NCBI GenBank assembly: GCA_949358305.1
Contig: OX442314.1
Coordinates: forward strand, 23,994,001 to 24,058,000
Source of the DNA: Strigamia acuminata
Lineage: Eukaryota
Direction: 5' to 3'
DNA length: 64,000 nt
Each line of letters begins with the position of its first letter. Position 1 is the stretch's first letter. A model generated the notes under the pieces. It was not told the origin of the DNA. It saw only the letters and a program-made list of their open reading frames with translations, and made no database searches. Positions 35,501 to 48,903 of this stretch are shown here, piece after piece. The position numbers and the translations under genes were made by a program.

Positions 35501-38338
35501 GCTCTATCTGTTGTTTACACAAACTTTAATATTAGCCACATATACTGTATATAATTTATGCTTTGTTGATTTTGGCATAAAAATACATTGTCACATTACA
35601 CATTTCGGTGAATGTTTATTGATTCAACCAATTAAAAGTACTAGTCAAAATATGCGGGCAAAATTTTAATTAGAAAGGTACAGTAGCAAAATTCCACCTC
35701 ATTCTGAATGAATGCATTAAGCAATTTCTTTTTCATTAAGTTTAAACGGTATAATATCAAGAAATCCACCAAACCATAAAATCTGGCCCACAATGAACTC
35801 AACTCAACTTTTGCTATTGCTATCGTATTTTAAAAACCAAATAGTTATTCACATTTCCAACTCTTCTGAATAAATTAAACTTTTTATGAACCCCCGAATT
35901 AACGTAAAAAAAAAATCTCGACTTGATTAAAAAAATTTAACCGTACTTCTCAAGCACTAAACCTCGCATTAACCCAATAAATGCTCAAACGAAAAGTAGG
36001 CTTTCTTCACAAACACTTTTCCACGTAAATCACGTCAAAAACCATCCATTTTCAAATAAATAATTGACGATTTTTCAAGTAGCTTTCAAGAAGAAATTAA
36101 ATATTTTAATAAACCTTTCTTATTTTTATTTTTATTTGGTTATCCTATATGATTCAGATATCAGATCAAGTCAAAAATTAATCATTCCTTAATAAGAAAC
36201 TGTAATCCCTTAAACCTAGCAGCAGGAGGGCTGATATAAATGCCGTATTTAGTGAAAGACGACAGTTCGGTAATGAGATTATGAGGAATTTAATCCAAAA
36301 AAGAATCGCCTTGTTAGAGAATTACAGAGTAGAAGAGAAGAAATCAGAACCCGAGTATCATTAACTGCAGCTCGTAGTTCGTTTCATCAAACTAATTTCC
36401 TGGAACAATGCAACATGTGAAGGAAATAGGGTGCCGTTCATTAGTCCGCTATTCAATTTTTGCAGTTGATAAAGCTAGTTTGAAAAATCATCCAATTAGA
36501 GGAGCATAAAAGCAAACCGAGCCCGAAATCAAGAAACGCAAACACAACTGTAGGATGTTGCGCGAGCTGCCTTCCCGTATGAATGTTTTTGCCCTCAGTC
36601 CACAAGATTTGTTCGATAAATCCGCTTGTTTAGATAACATCGAGCGAACACTTCTATTTACTCTTTCATAAACGCGTTAAAAATGCATTACAAGACTCAC
36701 GCCGAATGTCGGTAATCTCTTGAAATCCCATTTTCGTAAACAGAAAGCCAAACAAAACCCTTAATGACTTATGAGTCACTGCATTGCTCGCCTTTTATCC
36801 TCATATCCGCCGAAAAGAAGAAAAATGAATTGGATTGGAACGAAGACAAGTCAAGTACTTTTTCCTTACAATCTTGAGTCATTAATATTTATAAAGCCAA
36901 AGGTATAAAGTTTAGTTGGTTTGTTTAACAATGTTTAATGGCAAATCCAGTTCCACGTGCATTATTTGCTTAATTTCTATTTTTAACCGGTGAATAGAAT
37001 TTTAATAGATAAATAACCTGTTTTATGACATGCTTTCAAGAAATGTTGAGCACAAGCCGTAAAAATGAGTTGACATAAAGCGTAAAATAAATTTCAATCA
37101 TGCGTGACCGGGCTCGGTGTATCTAGTTACTGCAATGTCAGCAGGTTCAGAGTTTGCGGTGAGAAATAGATGGAGATGGAGATGCAACCCATACCTGCTG
37201 ATACATCAGGGCAGAGTTCAAAAGAGAAGTGCACTGTGGGATTGACGCAGAAAAGAACAGCAGTTGCACAATTGCAATTTGCCAATCTGAATGCCGGCAT
37301 TTTTCATTTCAAATGGTTGTAACAGTTGCTAAGTTTACACGTTGGATTTTGTAGAAAATTTCAGCAAACTATATTCATTTTTTTGTCACTCATGAAATAT
37401 TGAGCAAGACCGACTTTTTTCTGCGCTACGTGTCATTGTGACCAACAATTGGCAGCATTGCGAACTGTTAGATGATTGTAGTGTCAACTTGTGTTGCACA
37501 ACAATGATGGATTTTTATCTGCTCGTGTGACATTGGTTTCTTTTAAAAAGTGTAGAATAAAATATTTAGTTCTTGCTTTGGGTTTGAGTACAATCAACGT
37601 GTTGTTGTCTGTGCCCCTTTCTCTAGATTTGTGAACATTGCAAAAGAACAGAAGGTACTTATTAAAACTTATTAAATTATCTCTGTTTACACTTGACCCC
37701 ATTTGGTGGCAATTTAAATAAAGCGTATGAATGTTCCATGTGTATTTAATCTCATGTGCGGGTATATTTACATTGCCAAACTGCATTGCGCAAAACATTA
37801 AAAATCATCCTCGTGCAGGCAAATTTTCATTCCCTCAAAAAGAAAAATTCGGGAAAATTCTCTATTTGTATAAGCATAAAAAATTGTTGTATTTGTTTTG
37901 TATCACATTTGATCCAATGTGTAAATCCCGAATGAGGGTCTCAACCGTAAGGAGGAGTTGTTGTAATTTGGCCGACCCCAGCACAGATCGCGTACGCCGA
38001 CTTCCGGTTTTACCGTTAACGCGTGCATATGCAATAATATTCAATAATATTCAAATATATTCAACTTAACTTTCAATCGATTTCCAACAAAAATTGTGAA
38101 AGTCGTTCAAACAAAAACAATGAAAAAGTTTCGAATTGCCAATCGTGTTCGAAGCCACTCTTATCTAGAATTTTCGTTTGTATTGAATTCGATAGTGGAG
38201 CAGTTAGCAGGAAGTAAAACTCAGTTGTATCTTCGTCAGGCCGGGCAAACCAAGGTCCGGCTTAGAATTTCGCAAGCAGTCATGCAAACCATCCTGCTCG
38301 TCCTGCAAGACATAAATCCATCCAATCCAAGATTAAAA

Positions 38339-39275
38339 ATGGCGGAAGCGGATCAAAGCAAGTCCATTGATTCTTGCGAAATTAGATCTGCTCTGCACGT
38401 TCAAAAGCTTGGATTTCGTGCTTGCTACCAACCCCCAAGAAAGCATCATACCAAACAAAATCTTCGTACCGTCATGGCACAAATGAAGTCTTAAAATAGC
38501 AAAGAAAACCTCCTCTTTAAAGTCTCGTGATTTAATTGGTGCAGAATAAACCCTCGAAGACAAAAAAAATTTGTTTTAGCCATTAGAAATTTCTCAGAAG
38601 AACTAGAAGCTGACTTCTTGCCTCTTCCAGCTCCTGCACTACACCAATCTAATTGTCATCAGCACAGTTGCAGTCTGAACTTAATCCGATCAAATAGATT
38701 TCCCAACGTGCCATTTACTTCTAGATCAACATCATCTGGTGTGCTATGCAGAATGGCAATACATGGCGTATAAAATAGCAAAACCTTAATGTACATAATC
38801 AACTCTCTCTTTAATGTTTAGCTGAAGCTTTAAGTCATTGCATTGCAAGCCAGCAAGGTTGTTTTCTTTAAAAGACGCTCCCAAATAGTACTTTTGTATT
38901 CGGAGAACATGGCCTTGCAGCCTCAGAGGAAATACAATGGCAAGAAGACCCTTGCAAAAACACTTGAATGAAACCAGGCTTATACAGTCTTACCCTTGGC
39001 ATTCTACTTGACAATGATTGCTCTTCTAAGTTGGTGTTTGACATTGACTAATAAAATTGGTGCAGTTGATGTAAACAAGCTCCCAGCAGAAGACTTTACA
39101 ATTGAACAATTTGCAAATTGCTCTTTTAGTTGAGTAAATCCAACCCACCTGTTATTTTACACATAACACAGCTTGGCGTACATTAGTGATAAACTGCACA
39201 CGTAATAAACAAGGCGCATTGCAGTGAATACAGCGACATTAATAACTTGGAGATTTTGCATAATATTCAGCCATC
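38339..39275 (+). pseudogene. Possible heavily decayed DNA-transposon transposase (Sola2-like) remnant
   Basis: Scattered frame-broken motifs (HHTKQNLRTV; LGDFA*YS resembling the LGDFAENYS signature); many stops; ends not defined. Confidence 0.25.
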
Positions 39276-42200
39276 TGGTGGCAAAAGTTTGTATAAGAGG
39301 ATTTTGGACATGAAGATGTATGCATGCTGAAAGTTAATCAACTAATTCTTGTGTTGTTACATAGAGGAAAATAATCTTCAAGTTATTCTGCATAATGTTT
39401 TGACTGTAGTATCCTATATCAAAAGAAGGATTTATCGTGGCATTTATATTTATGTAAAGAAGCCAACGTTATTCAAGGTATTACATCCTTAAAGGAAACA
39501 TACAGGAAAAACCAACTTAGCATAATCTTTTACAAAAAAAAAATGTTTTTTGAGAAGATAAGAAAGTTAAGTGAATTTTTGTTTAAAAATGTCCACATTT
39601 TCGAGTTACGAAGTCAACTAAATACAATAAATTATTCCAAGCTAAAAATTCAATATATATATCTGACAAGCAACACAAACGAATTACAAAGCTATTAAAA
39701 ATTTAACTGCAACTAAATCCATTAAAAACCAAGACAGAAAAAGAAATTTTAAGCTTAACATGAATATTTTATGAACTCGGTGTACACTTTATTGTGTTTA
39801 CTTCATCATTATCATCAATCAGTTGCCTCGTTCTAACTTAACGATGGAAGCAAAGAATACTCTTCTTACAAGCTCCGTTTTCAGTAACAAGATTACAAAA
39901 TGTATAATCAAAAGAAAGTTCAAAGAAAACGAAAAAATTAGTCCCATTTTTATTTTAAAACATAAAATACTCTCATTTACTCTTTAAATTCAAAATGTTA
40001 AAATAAAACACCTTTGATTTCAATTTTCAAATAATCATTTCCATATCAATTATTCACGCAATCAAAGTAATTGAATTTGTTAATCAGAATGACAATTGTC
40101 CTTTCAAACACACACAGATAACTGTAACAGCATTAAAGGTCAAGTTGAAACAATTAACAACTGAAGCAGACAAGACAACATTCTGCACGTATCCATTTTA
40201 TAACTAAGCTTATACTGTTCTTTGGTCTGCTGTATTTTCAGCTGTCTGTAAATCATTTGAGACAATAATTGCACAAAAATTGTGTTTCAGTTTTAACTTT
40301 TAATTTACGATGCGGTATATCACAGTACTGACTTCGCCAGGGTCAAAGTTGCAGGTTATTCCTGGTCAAATGAAATGAGTTTTTGTTGTCCAGGTCAAAA
40401 ACCACTTTTCGTATTATTTCCATCAAATTTAGTTCGAAAATTATAAAATAATTCTCACAACTGTCAACTTTTAATTCGCATCAGTGCAGACGGACTTTAA
40501 CAACATTATTCAAACATCGCTTTTATCAACCAATCTATCGGTGCTTTTTATATTTATTCAATAGAAAATTCAATATTTTATCCATGGCCGGTGCAAGTCA
40601 TTTCGCAGCCTTAAACAGCCCGACTTTATGCTGAGTTTTTTGCCCTTTCTTGGCTCCTACCCAGCTTCCTATTTCCCTGCCACTCTCCAGGTCTGAGCAA
40701 AGTCAAGTGCCGTGCAGACGTCCCAAGCGGCTGCTTGTACCATTGAATTCATCATCCTAATGGTATATGCTTAATGCGTTTGCAAATATTGGACAGTACA
40801 TGGAAGTTTCTTCCTCTTCTTTGAGCTTTTGGCAATATTAGAAAACGACAAGAATTGATTTTACCAAAAAAAAGAAAAAAAAAGAAAAAAAACTACGCAA
40901 TAAAAATTGAAACATTAATATAATAGCATTGCACTAGCAAAAGCAATAATGTAGTCGTTGACCTATGAGTACGACCACGTGCCAACTAAATTACTGGACA
41001 CTCGGCTTTACTCCAATTTTTCTAGTCTAGCGGAATCAGTTGTTGAAAAAAATCGTCACAACAAAGCACTTTCATGAGCATAATAATACTCAAATAAAAG
41101 AATACGAGAAATGCGTATTATTCAATTGATGACATGACACAGTTGATGCGAATCAGTGTTTCAGTGGTTCATTAACACTTTTAGGGACCAGCAATAAATA
41201 ACCTTCTGTTGGCGTTTGTTGACTGTTAATGGAACAAAATCAGATAGTATTATGAATAGATTTGTCCCTTGATACTATATATTTATATACATTATATTAT
41301 CGTGGTCTAATTCCCATTATTGCTGATTCAATTTTCACATTTCTCTGAAATTTCTAAACTTATTTTTATTCTCTGTTTTCGCAGAGTGGCTCCGGATTTC
41401 ATACTACCCCTTTAATGCTAGGTTCACACTCGTGTCCACACCAGACGCCACGCTTAGAAACACGACGCAACACATGCTGATTGCGTCTCTGCAGCATCAA
41501 ACTGGCTGTCGTCGTTAATTTGAACTTCAACTTCAAGTTGAAGTTCGACGCAACGCAGCGAAAGCTGCTTGCACGGAAAGCTCCTTTTCGCGCAGCCGAT
41601 CAGAATCATTTCAATTCTCGTCGACTCACGTTTGCGATAGCCAGAAACAATCTAAATGTAAATGAAACTTCTTGATTGGCTAGACGCAACACGTGCAGTT
41701 TTAAGTCCCGTTTACACACACGTCCTGATGTGTGATAGTGCGAAATATGGCTGTTTTAAGTATATAAACAAATTTTAGCGAACGAGTCGCAATGACGACA
41801 ATTCGGATTGGCAGAAGAAGGGGATTACGTTATCCAGTTAACTATCCAACGGCCAAACGTAATTGACCTATAAATTTGTAATTTGCAATTAACGCATTCA
41901 ACAAAATAAGAGCTGGAAATCACCAATGCTTAATTGGATTGAATATAAATGACTCCTCCTTTCCAAAGTCTACCCTAGCAAATCTGATTGATGAAATATG
42001 TTGTTTTCGAAACGTCTGAACATAAAATTTAGCTCACTAAAAGTAAAAACCTTCGTTAAAACGTCTAAGAAAGCAGTAAAAAAGAGAAGAAAAGTTGCAA
42101 TAGTCATCGATCCATTTCATTCACCAACAAAGTTAAGTTTCGTGTATAAATTGAGTGCAATACAAGGTTTTACCCAACATGAAATATTACTTATGTTCTA

Positions 42201-42521
42201 ATATAACAAAAAAAAAATTGAACCCAAAAAATCCCTCGTTGCCAGTGAACATTTGTGAGCCGTATCTAAATCATTCGTTTTTACAACCGCTGTGTTAAAC
42301 CCGCACCTCACAACACTCATCATTGTCTATCTCCTGCTGCTAGTATTACTTTTCGTTTGTTATTGTCAACCGAGAGAACCGCGATGATTAAACGCTGCAA
42401 TAAATACCTACACAAAATGATTAATAGCTCGAAACAACACCGTTCAATGCACACTCATTTGCCATCAAATATATCGTAGAAATAAAATCAAAATCAAAAC
42501 TGTAATTATACATTTCCTTAC

Positions 42522-42700
42522 CGTTTCTAGCCCAGAGTTGTCAGCGTTCCAACATATGACTGGAATTCCCAGGTAACCAGCCAGCTGTAGAAAATACTGG
42601 GCAGATGCTGTCTTTATCCCGTACAGTTCCGTGTTAGTGATGTACAAAATGGCGCTAACATTTTTACTCAAAAAACGTTCACACAGGGCGTATAAAATAT
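42522..42700 (-). CDS. Nmdar2: NMDA receptor GluN2 coding exon 2
   Basis: [60 protein letters not shown], a hallmark arthropod Nmdar2 sequence; TTTGCAG and GTAAGG boundaries. Confidence 0.96.
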
Positions 42701-43214
42701 CTGCAAAACAAAACAAAAATAAAAATCAAATAGGTGACAAAAATCGATGCAAATGTGCCTCTATCATCACACACCTGAAAAAATAGCAAAGATAAAACCA
42801 GAGAAAAGAAAAGAATTGGATTCAGCAGAGTGAATCGAAACCCCATAGAAAAATCCCATATTTTATTGTCTAATGCTTCCCTGCGTTACACGTTTTGACG
42901 CCTTTTACAGATATAAATGCTTGGATTTGAAGCACCCCACATCCCGTGTACTCAATTATTTAAAGTATTTTCTCTCCTTTGTGTTGTCTTAATTAAACAG
43001 GTGTGAAAAAAAAAAATACCAGCAACAAAGGATTGCAAGCTGCAAGCTGTAAATGGCAAATAACTGTGTGTGGTGTGCTGCATTTCAATCTAAAACACAT
43101 GTAATTATAATCCTCAAACAAATTGTGGTTTCAGCATTCAATTTCATCATCAGAAAAGAAAAACATGTTTTTCTCACATAAAATTCATCAATATTTATGT
43201 TTTTTATCGATATA

Positions 43215-43979
43215 CAGGGTGTCCTAAAAGTCTGTACCCCTCCAAATATTTCCTGAGCAATTGCATCTAGGCCAACTTTGATGAAGCAATCGTATAGGAA
43301 GTTGGGTGAGAGCAAACCAATGACGTCATCTAATTTCACCTTGAAGGCCATTTTCAAGGTTATTCACTTGCTAACTTCTAAACCAATCAGGTTAGAGCAA
43401 AAAAGTCAATTACAAAGTTGTAGAGCACCATCAAATTAGTACTATCCAATTGATGTTAGTCATCTTAAGTGAAATGTTTTCTTTTTAAAAAGGATACAAA
43501 TCAGCTGAAATAAAGCCAGCCATTGTGACAAAACTTAAATTGCTATTAGAAAAATACTGAAATATTTAAATAAACGTATTCAAATGTGCATCATTATGCA
43601 AGTAAACAAGAAAAACCACTGCCTTTTTTTAATGCCTCAATAATTATTTTATCACAAGAATAAAAAATTTTACTTTGCGGATTTTTTTTCTGATTTGTCT
43701 CCTTTTTAAAAAGAAAACATTTAACTTAAGATGACTAACATCAATTGGATAGTACTAATTTGATGGTGCTCTACAACTTTGTAATTGACTTTTTTGCTCT
43801 AACCTGATTGGTTTAGAAGTTAGCAAGTGAATGACCTTGAAAATAACCTTCAAGGTCAAATTTGATGACGTCATTGGATTGCTCTCACCCAACTTCCTAT
43901 ACAATCGCTTCATCAAAATTGGCCTAGATGCAATTGCTCAGGAAATATTTGGAGGGGTACAGACTTTTAGGACACCCTG
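43215..43979. mobile_element. Tc1/mariner-type MITE with roughly 280-bp TIRs
   Basis: TA-flanked CAGGGTGTCCTAAAAG... / ...CTTTTAGGACACCCTG; long near-perfect inverted arms; no ORF. Confidence 0.92.
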
Positions 43980-44637
43980 TATAAATCAAATATGACCAAG
44001 ATATGTTATTAGTTGTTCAAAATAGCGTGATTGACATAATCTCCTTATAAGTATCTAATTTGATTTGCCATCCGCCCCTAGATGTTAAGATACAATGTGT
44101 GTCGATCAAAGCATGTTGAACCCAGCTCATTATATTTCAACCGTTCTCCTCTCCAATTTTCTCAATTATGTACACACACGAGTGAATTGTTGATTTATTC
44201 TGAAGATTAATGGTTTTATTGATAAATGAGCTTGTGAGACAACAGGCATTTTTTATTCGAGTCGATGCAAGTTCCTGACATGCTTGAGGACCAGCATATG
44301 TTGAAATTAGCTGTGAAATATAGTGAATGCATATTGTGCAACCACCCGTCTCCAATTTCCGCCTGGTCTTCTAACATTTTGCTATTTATCATTTTTTTCA
44401 TTTTTAGCTTTTTTTCTCTCTCACGAATTTGCTTGCAGTGATTGAAAATTAATCCTACCTCGTCACCAAATTATTATGTTCTTGTAAGTATTGAATATGA
44501 GACGGGATGGCAAGGGATTGATTGAGATGCAGCATGGATTGAGTTTAGTATTACAATAAAAGAACTGACAGAATAGAACACCGGCGCTCCATTAACAGGA
44601 GCTAAATTTAGATGTTGAATTCAATCCATCTGGTCAA

Positions 44638-44873
44638 TTTAGACATTTGTTTTAGTCGTTTAGTTCAATTTAGAAATTTATTTTAAATTTAGACATTTAT
44701 TTTAGTCGTTTAGTTCAATTTAGACAGTTATTTTAGTCGTTTAGTTCAGTTTAGACATTTATTTTAGTCGTTTAGTTCAATTCAGACATTTATTTTAGTC
44801 GTTTAGTTCAATTCAGACATTTATTTTAGTCGTTTAGTTCAATTCAGACATTTATTTTAGTCGTTTAGTTCAA
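44638..44873. repeat. 31-bp minisatellite, about 7 copies
   Basis: Unit TTYAGACATTTATTTTAGTCGTTTAGTTCAA repeated head to tail without spacers. Confidence 0.9.
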
Positions 44874-47070
44874 ATTAAATAATTATTTTATTTTATTATA
44901 CAAAGTGGCGTTACGGTATATGTTACTGTACTTGTATAAGGGGTCACACAGAAAGTTTGTTATGATTCAAGATAAATACGATTGAGTTTAATACAATGAA
45001 ATGTGTGTCCTCACAGTTACACATTGAGCAGATGAGTGGGGAACACAGGAAGTGAGCACTCCATATATGGTATGAGTGTCACCACAGGATACACAAGCAA
45101 AAAACTACACAAGCTACACTATTAATGACATCAAGTGGTGATTTTCCACATTAAACTTCCCAACAAAGTTGACTACTAATGCGATATAATAATATTTACA
45201 AAATACAAATTGGGCATCACTGCAGTATTTATTACCATTTCTTTATGGTTAGTACTTTTTGAACATGTTCCATTCAATTCAAAATGGGACTTCTTTTATT
45301 ACTTACTATTTGCTAACATCTTAGGATATTATTACAGGCCAATTTCACCATGGAATATAATCTAATGGACAGAAAGAGAGCCCAATGCTGTTGCCACTGT
45401 CCATTTATGACAATTACCCGTAATCTTCAGCAGGCTGCTCAAGAGTGTAATCAAAAACCACAAACATATCACACTGCAATAATGCAATCCTGCTTTATTC
45501 AATGTTCATTGTGTTCCTAACAAGGCCTTACCATCTGGGCATAAAATTAGTAATTGCATCTGCATTCAAAAGTTGTCTTTTGTACATGTGTGATTTTGTT
45601 TTGTCATGCCACTTCCGCCAGGTTCCATCTTTTTCTAAGCATAAAATTAGCACATTGTGTAATAACTCCGTACAAGAGATCTAGATGATCTTATACTTGT
45701 TTCTTTCACCTTCAAATTTTTTTGTTTCTCCCGGTAATGAAAACATTCTTGAATGTATCACAAGAATGTTTTCATCAGGGAACACACAATGATATCTGAT
45801 TCCTCAGGTCTGAATCCGAGTCCACCAGGTCTAATCTTATATTGGATGTGGATTCAAGCCGTTGCAAACAGAATACGCCTTTGATAAGCTATTGTAAAAC
45901 CAACCCTTTGATCATTTGTACCAATACCGAACTGGAGTTGAACTTTCGTAATCCGTTCCCTTATAAATTTCGGTTTACTGTTTTTATATATAACCGGGAC
46001 ATATAGTAAACAGTCGTATGGTTTGTCATAGAGAAAAGACAAGACAGGGAGAGCAATAGTGCATATTGGACCATCAACGCGGTTGCAGAGGTCGTATAAA
46101 GCAACTGATAGAGGTTAAACAAATAAACACGAAAGGGATAAAATAAAGCGAGGAAAAAAGGTGCAAAGGCTTTAAAGGCGTGAAATTAGAAAAGCGCTCA
46201 CTCACTCAGCTTTTAAATTAATTATTTTCGCACTCTAAAAACCAAAGCTAGAAAAATCATAAAAAGGAACAAATAGGCCTATTTAGCGCGAAGTGTGTGG
46301 ACTTTTTTTTCTCGAAGTTATGTTACAATAAAAGAACGGGTGTCTTATACAGAATCGGCACGAAATGTGGATATTTAAAAAAAGTAGGAAATCATTTTTA
46401 TTGTTTTTTTGAATTTACGAGGAACCGCAAAATGTTGATGACAAGACACAATTGTCTCGTAATATTACATCGGATAAAATTTATTTTAATATTTATAATT
46501 CAATTTTATTTCGATGGCGAAGTTGAATTTTATTTTTTGATGAAGCGCAGGAAAGCTCCAGAGAACAAAAGATAAACAAATCCTTGAACAATGTTCTCGA
46601 AAAAAATCCACATTTCCCGACTGCAATCACACAGACAAAACAAGCAGAACAATCGCCGACGTTAGGACAGAAATAAAAATACCCGCAATTAGAACCGATT
46701 AACTAAAGCTGCTTATTCTGTAAATGCCGAGCAAATGTATTTTTTAAAAAAAAAAAACATTTAAAATGTAAAATTCAACGGTTTGTGACCAAGATCATGT
46801 TTCTTTTATTATTGAGCAACTTCGTGCGTCAACTCCAGTCTCAAATTCCAGCTAAAGCCAGCTATGCAGCAGCAGCAGCATGCACGAATAAATTATGCAG
46901 AGAGGAAAACATCCACACTTGTATTGACTTTTAAGCTAAACATGCTTAAAAACGAGTTGTCAGACCCGCAAAACATCACCCACATTCAACTCACTTTCTT
47001 ATCTCCCAACCTTAAGCTTACACGACCCCAAATAAAAATAAAAATAAAAATAAAAACCGCCTGAATAATG

Positions 47071-47218
47071 AATTATATTACAGCTTAGGCAATAAATGTT
47101 GTTTAACTATAGGCTTGTCCAATTAATTAAATATTTACTAGTACTTAAAAGAAAAACCAGGTGGAGGGCTTGACCTCTACTTATGGTCTAGCCCGAGACC
47201 TGACCCCCAGTCCAATTT
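47071..47218 (+). repeat. DIRS left inverted terminal repeat
   Basis: 47087-47218 is the reverse complement of 52095-52226 (132 bp); the start of the ITR is complementary to the ICR. Confidence 0.95.
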
Positions 47219-47316
47219 TACTAGCCAAGTTCTCCTCACGTGATTTTTCGCGTTCAGAAAATTTTGGCTATTTTTTAGTTTTATATCGCTTTTTTGCACT
47301 TTGACTACCTTTTACG

Positions 47317-48903
47317 ATGAGCCCTACTAAAGTTAGAGGTAAGAAGACAGCAGATGACTCTTTAAGCTCCAAAAAAGCACGACCACCGCGTGGTCGCACC
47401 AACACCACTAAGCCTATCACCACCACCACGCGTGTTGAAACTCACCACGAGCCCATCGCGCCGCCTTCCTCGTCCCAATCGAGGATCCTATTAGATGGTT
47501 CCATCGTTCCCACACCATCAGATGAAACGATAGAACGCCTTGACGAATCTTTTGGAAACAATGATGTACGGGATCCGAGAGGGCCCGACTTTACCGCCTC
47601 GCAAGTCGCGAATAGTCAGGCGCCCGACTTGGGACTTTCTTCCCAGGCCATCGAGAAGCTCATCTTTATGGCTTTCTCGCAGAATCAGACAGGTGGGGCC
47701 CCTCTTCAGCGGGAGGGGTCTACCGAATTGCCAAAAATGTCTCGATCTCGTAGAGACGAGTGGGGCACATTTCAGTCTGAAAATCAAGTAAGTAATTCTC
47801 ATACGGAATTGTAGATAAATTCTCACTCTTGTTACTGACTGGTTGTAGTCAGATGTTTCAGAGTATGATTCCGACCGTTCGTCACGCTCTAGCTCGTCAG
47901 ACGATGAGCGAGAATTTTCCGCAAGACTGTCTCGTAAGGACCGTGAAATTATACGTCTCCGACGAGAACTCGAGAAGAGAGACAAACCGCACGCCAAATC
48001 GCGAAAATCGCCGTCTCGAAAGGACGAGGAATCCGACCGATCGTCGGACGACTCCGATGATCTCGAAGAAGATGCGCCTTTTCTCCACGAATCGTCCGCC
48101 AAGGAAATAGTTCGAATTTTGAGCAAACCAGTTTCGACGGCCAAAAATAACAGTTTTAAGGCCGATTTTCCGTGCCCGACTCGACAGGTTCCCTTTTTGA
48201 AAAAGAAGAAAATGGACGAAGATGTGGAGGCCTATGTGGGGGCACGAAACACGTCCTTTTCCATTCCGCGAGAACGTTTTTTGCGTCGCTTAAACGGCAT
48301 GATGGCGCGCGTTGGGTCGATTACGGCAAGAATCTACGATCGTTCGTCAACAAACGACCCCATGAACAAAGACGAATTGCTTTACGCCAACAAAGCCATT
48401 TTTCAACAAGTTCGAAATGCTATGAACGCAATTAGCGACGAACGACGTTTCAATGTCGTTCAAGGTTTGGGTACGAAGAAGTCCGACATGGTGAAGCATT
48501 TTCGAAATTCGGAGGGAGACACTCTTTTTCAAGGGCAATTTTTTGAGAGATTCAGTAACCCATATTTTCGATACAAAAAATTTAAGAGTCTTACAACTTA
48601 TTGTTTTTCCTTGCAGAAAAGCAAGCCGACCAATTCGCATCAGTGGACAGAGCGAGAAGTAAAAATCCCGCGAAGGGTCCTCGTCGCGATAATCGATTCC
48701 GCCGTGGTTTTAGTCGCCCCGTCGAGAGTTTTCAGCGCAGGGATTATTCCCACACACGACCGGACGACAGAGATCAGAGTAGAAGCTTTCGTAACCCGGA
48801 TTACAACAAAGGGCAGCAACAGCCCTTTCGTAAAAACCCCTTCCCCAGCAACCGGGGAAGGGGTCGTGGCGGCTTCACTAGAAACGGTAACGGCTTGGTG
48901 TAG
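47317..48903 (+). CDS. gag: DIRS Gag-like ORF1, predicted spliced: join(47317..47787,47849..48554,48617..48903), 487 aa
   Basis: Two GT-AG introns of 61 and 62 nt join three ORF pieces in frame, giving NAISDERRFNVV...LFQGQFFERFKK and an RG-rich tail typical of DIRS Gag. Confidence 0.75.

Noticed and set aside
44638..44873. 31-bp repeats, and the MITE palindromes at 22.5 kb and 58.7 kb, as a CRISPR array
   Set aside because: No unique spacers of regular length, no cas genes, eukaryotic intron-containing context
48119..48121. TTG start of the 860-aa ORF and TTG start at 50650
   Set aside because: Prokaryotic-style starts from the ORF caller; the first frame is open from 47849 and is better explained by splicing
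47518..48144. 208-aa minus-strand ORF in the DIRS element
   Set aside because: Antisense to the Ser/Arg/Asp-rich gag region; no separate evidence of coding
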